Source: Auanema rhodensis (lineage: Eukaryota > Animalia > Nematoda). From it: a stretch of 64,000 nucleotides of DNA. The notes below the pieces were generated by a model. It was not told where the DNA came from, searched no databases, and worked only from the letters and a program-made list of their open reading frames with translations. The stretch lies in NCBI GenBank assembly GCA_964057225.1, contig OZ059895.1, positions 7,874,001 to 7,938,000 of the forward strand, given 5' to 3'. Below are positions 54,704-64,000 of this stretch, piece after piece (within the stretch, counting starts at the first letter, position 1; every line of letters begins with the position of its first letter). Both the position numbers and the translations under genes were made by a program.

Positions 54704-57700
54704 TTACTAATGGTTTTCAGAATATATGACCATCTGAAAAAAACAGCTTAAAACATTTTTTTTTAATTAAAAAAAATTGAAACTTAGAAACAATTTAATA
54801 AAATTTTGAATAAATCTGTATAATATATAATATATATTTAATATATAATATAAATTTTAAAAATATAAATGAAAGTATAGAACCATGAGAGAAAAACTGT
54901 AATGTGCGATATATCGAAGTTTAAACTATGCTATTCGATTTGACTATATTCGTTGAACTATTAACTATTATTGTAATAATTAATTGAAAGAATAGAGAAA
55001 AAACTTGAACCAGCAAAGTATAAAAAGATTTGTTGAAAAATAAATTAAAAAAAGCTAAGAAATAAGGAAAGGGGTATTGTAAAACACGGGCATCTTGTAT
55101 AATGAAAAGATGAAAGTGAATCGACTGATAAAAGGTCAAAAGGAAAAATTTTGTTTTACAGAAATATTTGAAGACTACGACATCAACGACGACGACGACG
55201 ACGACGACGACGAAGAAGAAGAAGACGACATTGTTGATTAGAATGATGATAATCACAAGAACTTCCATTTGATAGACACTCGATGAAAATGAATGAAAAT
55301 GTGGACTGCTTACCTGGATAACATGACCTATTTATGAAACAACGTCGTCATCATACACTTAACATCTTCATCTCCTCACATCTCAGCAATCCATCCGTTC
55401 TCATCCCTCGTCACAATATATTTTGTCTTTCACCTCTCTTCTCATCCGCAACTTTATCATCAATTCTCATCACATCCTCCATCCGACTACTATAGACGTA
55501 TAGGCACAGAAAGTCTTACAATAACCGGATAACATTGAACGAACACGACAAAAGCGCAAAATAATAGTTCGGATCATAGAAATACGAAAGTTTAAAGGAA
55601 ATTTTATTTAGAATCGTTGTAATTGGTCAATGAGCTGATGACGTCAAAGATATACGTAAATGGATAAAAACGATGATTTTTGAAAAAAAAAAGGAAAGAA
55701 ATTGTTGTATAAAGAATAAGGAAGAGAATTTGTAATTTTGGCAAAACATTGATAGATATGACAAATGGTAATAGAGAATTAAGAGGAAGTGAGAGAGAAA
55801 GAGAAAGAGAGAGAGAGAGAAAGAGAAAGAGAAAGAGAGAAACTAAAAGAGAGAGGGAGAGACATTAAGCGAGAGGAAAAGTGATAGAGATAGACAATAT
55901 CAGAATTGAAATACTGTATGGTTGAAGATTATTTGAAAAATATATCAAAACTTGAAGGAAAACATTAATTATTATAATCGAAAATGAAACATTTTGCACC
56001 TGAACTGATAATATTTTCATCTTGATCATTTTCATTGAGACTAAAGAAGACAATGTGATCAAGATATGATTTCCTTTTGAGTGCATGTTGAACCGAAAAT
56101 AGCCGAAAGTCAACCCATATAGTGAAACATCTGATGGGATGTTTGTCTTTGTTTCTTCAAATCAAATTTTCTTATAAGATTAAAATTAACGTTCATTAGT
56201 TCAAGTTCCGTTTGAATTGGGTGCAAAAGGCGTTTGGAATACTGTAGTGAGAAATGTATTGATGTTGATTACTGTAATGCGACATAATTGATTGGTGTAG
56301 TAGTTAGTGTACTGTAGTACACTAAGTAAAAGAAAAAAACTTGAAAAAGAAATTAAAGTATCTGAATACTTTGATCTTTCAAGAAAAAGTTGAAATTATG
56401 AATGAAAACGTAAAAAAAAATAATTTTTTTAAGATAAACGCTTGATTAAGATAAACGAATTTTCAGATTTTATTGGCATATCTTTCAACTTTGATATACA
56501 TATATGTATCTTGATATCAGAATTACAGTAATACGGTGTCAGTGATCAATGACATTTGAAAGAATTCTTTAAATAGTCTATCGTAATACCAAAAGTAGAT
56601 TACAATCAAAATTATAGAATATTAGTTATTTTTATATTTAAAAAATTAAAAATTAAAAAGAACATACCTACTATACAAGATATTTAGGCTATAGAATAAT
56701 GTAGAAGCTAATATTCAGATTTCTGAATAATAAAAACGGTCAGGGCTGTTCTATCTTGTCAGGCTTTATTCTTCTTCCCGCCTGCAACGTCGTCGCCGAG
56801 GTCGTCGTCGCCACAGTTGTCGTCGTTCTAGGCTTCTGAAGTCTAAGAAATATTGGGATCTGATAACGAAGACTGATTAGGATAAGCAGCCTGTATCATA
56901 ATAGAACCCCCCCCCCCCCACTCTCTCAGACTGATAGATAGATCATTGACTGTGAGAAAAGTTGAAAGACGAGAGATGAAGTCGATATCAGTTTAGAAGG
57001 CTGACTATCTACACTCTACAAATTTATAAATAAATTCCCAGAATAATCTCATGATATATAAAATAATATTTGAAAAAAGAAATAAATAATTTCATTATAA
57101 TAACATTTTAAATGAATCTTTTCGAGAAAATTTCATTAAACTTATATTAAAACATTAAAATAAACAAAAATTATGAACGTATAAAGTTTCTTTTCAAAAA
57201 AAAAAGAAAAAAACTAATAAATAAAATATATTTTTAAGAAAAACATATCAAACACATGCAATCGACCAAGCTGCATACAACCATTTGTGGTCAAACAAAA
57301 ATATAAACTGACGCAAGTTTGGTTCAATGAACGACATACTTCACGTGATTCACGTGAATCAATTATCAATGTTGTCATTTTAAATAAAAAAAAACATATA
57401 TTGGTAAATGATAAAAGATTAAAATTGATATAATATAAGAATATTATTTCTTTTTGAACTTTACAACTTATCGTATAAGCTGAAACAGAAAAAAGAACAT
57501 AAAAGACTATCATGGAAATCAATTAACTTTGTTCACTGATCAACTGTTCAATTAAACATAAACCTTGAACTTTCACATTATTTTTTAATTTTTTTAATTT
57601 AACATATTGATTTTAAAAAAGAGAATTCAAATTTTTTTATAGATACTTGAAGAACAATAATGTATTTTCCATTTAATTTCTTCAAACACAAAAAAAAACT

Positions 57701-59938
57701 GTCTGTCCATCATGCAATTTACGTAAAACCTCTCTCTCTCCCTTTTCCCTAACAAACCTTTTTCTCTCTTTCTCTCCTTCTCTCTCTCCCTCTCCTTCTC
57801 TCTCTCTCTATCTTTCGAGAATGATTTTAGATTAATCTTTTAAGTATATTCTTATTAACTTCATCTAAATAAAATGACCTCAATATAAATGTAAATTCAA
57901 AAAAAACAAACAAAATAAATCCTTTCGATTCTACTGTCATGTCGGTATGTATCTCATTTTTATTTTTATTTTAATAAACATAATAATTTTCTTTTTAAAA
58001 GATTTTTTATATAATATTCCATGATAAATCTATTTAGAGTATGGTTAGTTGTTGAAATTCTTAATTTGAATTTATAATTGTTTTTTTTAGAATATTTTCA
58101 CACCATCAGCTGAGTATATAATATTTTTAGTTAAAATAATCTATATTTATATGTATTTATATTTATTTATTTTAGAATATTCTGAAAATGTTTATTTTAA
58201 ACTGAAATTATAATGAGTATTCTTTTTTTTTTAAATTTGGAACTTTGAATTATAAACCAGAACGGTTGGGATTTGATCGTAATGTGATCAATGTAAGAGC
58301 ATAGTTTGAACTTTTTGAAATAAAACATGAATTCAAGTTGATAAGTTGATTAAGTAAATAGAAAATCCACTCATTCGTGTGTTTCTAAAGAAAATAATGC
58401 GTGGGAATCTGATGATGAGGTGGATCTGGATGTGTATGACTAATCCCATGAAATATCTGAACTTAATCCTAATCAACAGTTCAAAATTGACAATCAAAAG
58501 CTAGTGTGTGTTTTAATCTTTGTTAAATTTAATTTTGAAGTTGTTAATAACAAGATGTTAGAATCTTTTGTGTTTAGTACTTCAGATTATTCATGAAAAT
58601 TCTGTACACATGTATAACATGATGGTCGTTGTTATTCAGAATTTGTTCAACGCACACACACAGACTTCATATAGGAGAAGATCCACTACATAGAAGCATA
58701 ATCATGACAATGCTGATGATGATTTCTAATATGAGATCTAGCCTGTTTGTTTATCATTTGCACATTGTTCGAAATGAGATAACAAACAGATCACTAGAAT
58801 AAAGGAGGATGGTTCATCACTCATCTCATCTGCGATTTACCTCCTTCTCCCTCCCTTATCTCTTCGTACCTAATATCTCTCTTTAGAATCTCTCCCTTTC
58901 TATTTTCTCTCTCTCTCTTTCGTTTTCTCTCTCTCCCTAATCTCTTTCTTTATATTTTTCTCTCTCCTTTTCTCTATGTCTTTTTAATTTTCTCTCTCTT
59001 TATCTCTTTTTTAAAATACACTCATACATACGCTTCTTGTTATCTTTCTCTCTCAGTTTCCTCTATTTTCTTGTACATGCTTTGTCTCTTTCAACTCTCT
59101 TCATTCCATTTGCTCATCATACAAAAAATTTGGAAAATCTAGCTGAGCGGATACTCCAAACGAGGTGGAGCATGTCCACCAGCTAAGAACAACATGAGCC
59201 TCGATCAGCTTCATACAATTATTTTTGTATTTTGAACAAGTTTTTGACCGTTCTCTCATTTGCATGTTTATAATGATTAATAAGAAATATTTTAAATTTT
59301 TATCATAAAATTTCATATGAAACAATGATATTTGAGAAAAAAAACATTAATTATGTGATATCTTAGATATCTATACATGCTTATTCATTGAGAATTATAA
59401 TCGATTTTCTGCTAAAATTCAAGTTTAATGTCAAAATTCCTCTAATCATTTCATGTACATGAATACATATGTCTTTCTATATCTATTCAATAGATTTTCG
59501 AGAAGTTTTCTAAATTTCATATCAGGTTTGATATTCGCTTAATCGTCCGCAATCTAAGCAATTAGTTCTATATATTGCTAATTGTTTCTTAAAATCTTTC
59601 AAAAATGTGATTGCACATTCTATAGTGAATCAGAAATCTTTATATTTCTTTTATAATCATTATAACTTTTTATTTTAAATAATATTACAATACATATGAT
59701 TGTTTTTACTTTAATTTTACCTATTGTACATATCAATCAACTGCATGTTTTCCATTATTTTCCATCATCTATAACCCTTTCTTTTCTTTTCTTTTATTAT
59801 TTCTTTAGAGAATGTCAGTTAATTTTTACTTAAGTTTCCAGTAGTTATACGAACTTTGAAGCTTTTATATGCATCATGTCTTTACCATTCAAATCCTATT
59901 CTATAAGTTTAATCCAGTTTTGTTTTTCCCTTTCTCTT

Positions 59939-59970
<32 letters not shown>

Positions 59971-60892
59971 AAGTCTGAGTCCTCGCTCGTCACTTTTCGT
60001 TGAAAATTAGTGATTTTTTTCTATATTTAGTCATTATCATCTTTCTAGATGTCATTTAGCTATACTATGCAATCCTCAAAATTTATTACCGTTTTTCCTT
60101 TTCAAGACCATTAACAGTCTCTGGTCTTTATGCCATGCCTTACGATTTGTTGCTTTTAATAGTTTCAAAATATATTTATATAAAACTATTTATAAATTAT
60201 TTTAATATAAACTAATTATGAAAAAATATATAATTAGCATAATTTAAAAATTAACTATTAGATGGGGAGGCAATGATGTGGATGACCATGTCTATTCACA
60301 TCATCTTCTCATCCGGCTCGTTGAAACTAAGATCATCCGGTTTACAAGCGGCTCTCGCACTTGATCTTTCAGAAAATATTTTTCTATTTTTCTCTAAATT
60401 CTTCATTTAGCATTGTCTTTCATACAACATTGAATGGTCTTTTATGGTTGAAAGTAGTTGCAGTGAGTGTATAAGTGTTAGGAAGAAAGCGCTTCTCCAC
60501 AATTTTTTTTAAAACAAAAACTTCAAACAAGCATTCCGTTCGTGTTAAAAGTTGTCTTCACAATTTTCTCTTTTAGTCGGTTCTCCTTCTTATGACACTC
60601 GTTCTTTCACTGTAGCTTGGCTCTAAGATTAAAAACTTTTTTTATTTGAAAGAAAATGCTTTTTTTTCTTCTACAAAAAGTCATTTTACACTCATTAAAA
60701 GTAGAGTAGCACTTTAAGATTTATTTGAAATGAGTTGTCAAACGTATCTGACGACAAAACCAACTATGACGAGAAGATGAACAAGGCAGACAATCTTCGT
60801 AATCCGAGTGAGCGAAGAAAGTAAAAGAGGAGAAGCATATACACACAAAGAGAGAAAATTAGAGAAGAATGAAGAAAAAGAGAGAAAGAGAA

Positions 60893-60966
<74 letters not shown>

Positions 60967-63657
60967 CAGAATTGAGATGAGGAAAATGTTTCTGAAGAAG
61001 CGTCGTCGGTTATTTTGTCATCAAAAGAGATCATCTCTATCTATTATTGTCTGACCAGACGTTTCAAATCTTGAAAAGTCGTCATGTATCACATTTCATC
61101 TTCACTGTTTCATTCAAAATATTTTTTTATTATTCTTTTCTTTTCATTTTCAATTGTATATCTATATAATTTATTTAAATTATTCATTAACTATTACAAC
61201 TTCTAGATTATCTTCTGTACTTATAAATCAAAAAAAGAAAATATTTTCTTCTAAAAAATAAAAAAAAAAGTTTTTTTATTCAATATGTAAAGAAATAAAC
61301 TTTATTCTTTTCTATTCAAATAGTATAATATACATAGATAGTATAGTTTATAAATAGATTTGTATGTCCTCTTATATCTAGAGAGAGAGAGATATCCATT
61401 GAATTTAAAAGAGAAAAAACTTTTTTTATGATCATTCTCAATCAAATGTATGAAGATAGAACTTAATGGTTATTCTATTTCAAATGAAATAGCTTTTCTA
61501 AATGACAATATAACCGTATGATAATCATATCTGGTTTTACGAAGAAACATCCTAACATCATAGTCATGCTGATGATTTTATTGAAGCTTGAAGATATTGC
61601 TGAACCTTATGCTTGATATCAACATTAACTTAAAACTTTTCCAGTAATAACATCTTGTTTTGATTTCCGACTTCTCACAATTTTTTCAATTTATTTCTAC
61701 GTCAAATTGCGTTTTTTTTTGGAAATTAGCTATCTGTTCATCTCATGATAAACTATTTTATCATTTTTCTTAGTCTATATATCTCTTTTGAAATAAAAAA
61801 ATGTCCTAGATGACACCTATTAAACATTGAAATTTTCATTTTTGTTTCGGAATAAGTTGTAAAAATGATAAAAGAATGCAACAGCTTTGTCTTGTATATA
61901 ACTCAAAAAATACAAAATAAAACCTATTTCTTTGGAAAATTGAACTTAATTCTCCAATTTGTTTTTGTTTTCACAAACTTTTCATTCACTTTCTAATTTA
62001 CTTAGTGACAACGAGTTAATAAAGAGGAGATTTGTGTATAAAACGAATAATTCAGTATAGATGACCACAACGACATTGTCGACTTTGATAGATGTACTGA
62101 CCCAGAAAACATACACGTTTTTCATCTTATCTGTAACTATCGTCGATTTTCATCTGTCGTTCCTCTTCATCAACGTCGTCTTCCTCGGCTTTGTCGTCTT
62201 CATAGTTTTCACGGCAGTTGTTGTCATCTTCAGTCTTCTGATATGAGGCTTCTTCCTTCATTAAGCTACTTTTCAAACTTAAACATTCAATTTGACTAAC
62301 ATTTTCAACAGTTTCTTGCCATTCACCACTTATATATTTCTTGTTTTTCCTTTTAAGTTTGAATTATTACGAATAGAATAAGCTGAAGTTGTATTAGGTA
62401 CGAGTAGAAAATAAGAAAAATTTTACATGTAAATAGGCTAATCTAATTTGTATAATTTCATCAGTAGATCACATATTTAATATAATTAAATTAAAATTAT
62501 AGAATCAAATGATTATTTATATTTTTATGTCTTTTTGACCTTTTGAACTTACTCATGATCTCAGCTCATATCAATTTCTGTCAAACAATATCAAATTTCA
62601 TAATTATTCTCAAATACATCCAGATCACTTCAGAATTTATTTTCTGCTGAATTTTCTCTATCAAAATAAAATTCAAAAAAGGTTGAACATAACTGATGTT
62701 CCCTTCAGAATTTTTGGTTCATCTATAATGAAAGCAGTTATTCGAATGATTTTTTTTTGTCCATCTAACCTTCAAATGATGTCCGGCCAACCTACTTTTC
62801 AATAGTTCGGCATACAGATGGACACTTGTCAATAAAAAGAAAAAAAGCACAAGAACCTAAGCATAGATATCGATACAAAGTGAGAAAAAGGACGATGCGT
62901 TTAGAGAGAGAGAGAGAGAGAGAAAGATAGAGAGAGGGGAAGGGAGGGAGAGAGAGAAATAGGGAACACTTGAAAGGCATACGTATCAGATTCAGATTTT
63001 TTGATAAAAAGGTTACTAAAAGATGTGCCGAATTCTTATACGTATGTCAGTTCTCACATACATAGAGATGTGGGTGGGCTGAAAAGTATTCAATGGCTAT
63101 GATAATAGCTAACCGTTTTTGCCGATGATTATGATGCTGCAAATACATTTCAAATCATTAAAATCAGGTTTTCTCAATTATATGAAGTATAATTATGCAA
63201 ATGATTCTCATGTTATAATCTTTTAGACATCTTCTTTCTTATTGAAAATTAAGCAAATGGGCGTAGGGTCATTCATTGTCATCATCACTATTTCATTTTA
63301 GATTATAATCCAATGAAAGAGCATATAATATTAATTTTCTGATATACAAACATACATATAAGAAAATATTTAATTATAATTATATAATATTTTAAATATA
63401 GTTATAGTTTAATATTCGTTTTCTCCTATTTTTTCTCCTTGAATACATAAATTAAACTCTTATATTCGATGTTCATCTCGTAAACACTTGACACAACAGG
63501 TGATGAGACCCCTTCAAGATGTACGCAAGGCCCATCGAGCCCTATCTCACCTTATAACTACATCTGCCTTACGTTCTCTCTCTTTCTCTCTTTTTCTATT
63601 TCAATATCATTCTTTCTTTATTACTTATTCTCTTCCTCTCCCTCTTTATCTCCTTCT

Positions 63658-63727
<70 letters not shown>

Positions 63728-64000
63728 AATATTTCTATATGGCTGGTGTTCTTTCTTTCTGATACATCTAAGCCAGAGCATACGTACTATTTTACGTTTT
63801 CAGTTCATTCACTTGCCCTATGAGGCTACCAGACATTCTTTCCGCTTTAACTCTGAACGTCGTGCTCGCTCTATTCTCCATGATAATGGCCATTTTTGCA
63901 TTAGGATTGCTAGCCTTTGTACTTGCCAAGGTAAATCACATTTGGAATAACTTTCATATGCTTAGCTAGCTTTAAAAAGTTCAGCAAGTTTTTACACTTT

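Noticed and set aside
56907-56919. C13 tract (and a shorter C run at ~25119) as G-quadruplex sites
   Set aside because: Short homopolymers in a slippage-prone genome; no further support
5915-61112. About seven CTGTTTCA (piRNA Ruby core) matches at 5915, 22813, 25719, 32814, 47707(-), 57481(-) and 61105
   Set aside because: Too sparse for a piRNA cluster; individual loci cannot be supported without small-RNA data

Overview
AT-rich eukaryotic DNA with short (~45-55 nt) GT-AG introns and TTTCAG/TTATAG acceptors, most consistent with a rhabditid nematode. Eight spliced protein-coding genes were reconstructed by hand: a 4-TM protein with PPxY motifs and a poly-Q tail (running off the left edge), an NDX-1/NUDT18 Nudix hydrolase, an Srsx-type chemoreceptor, TMEM189/PEDS1 desaturase, a HAF-4-like ABCB half transporter, an ARHGAP20/RGA-2-like PH-RA-RhoGAP, a secreted type-B carboxylesterase and an unknown secreted protein. 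There are also two Tc1/mariner-type MITEs and a Tc1 transposase fragment. Long non-coding tracts lie upstream of the genes and carry strand-polarised (CT)/(AG) microsatellites. Most short ORFs in the track are microsatellite or AT noise. The most striking feature is a near-identical ~420-bp inverted duplication between a RhoGAP intron (42203-42633) and intergenic DNA (49844-50262). Its junctions suggest a microhomology-primed templated insertion exactly at a 5' splice site, which would have expanded an ancestral 46-nt intron to 463 nt. No tRNA, rRNA or CRISPR was recognised. All coordinates are hand-derived and no database search was run.
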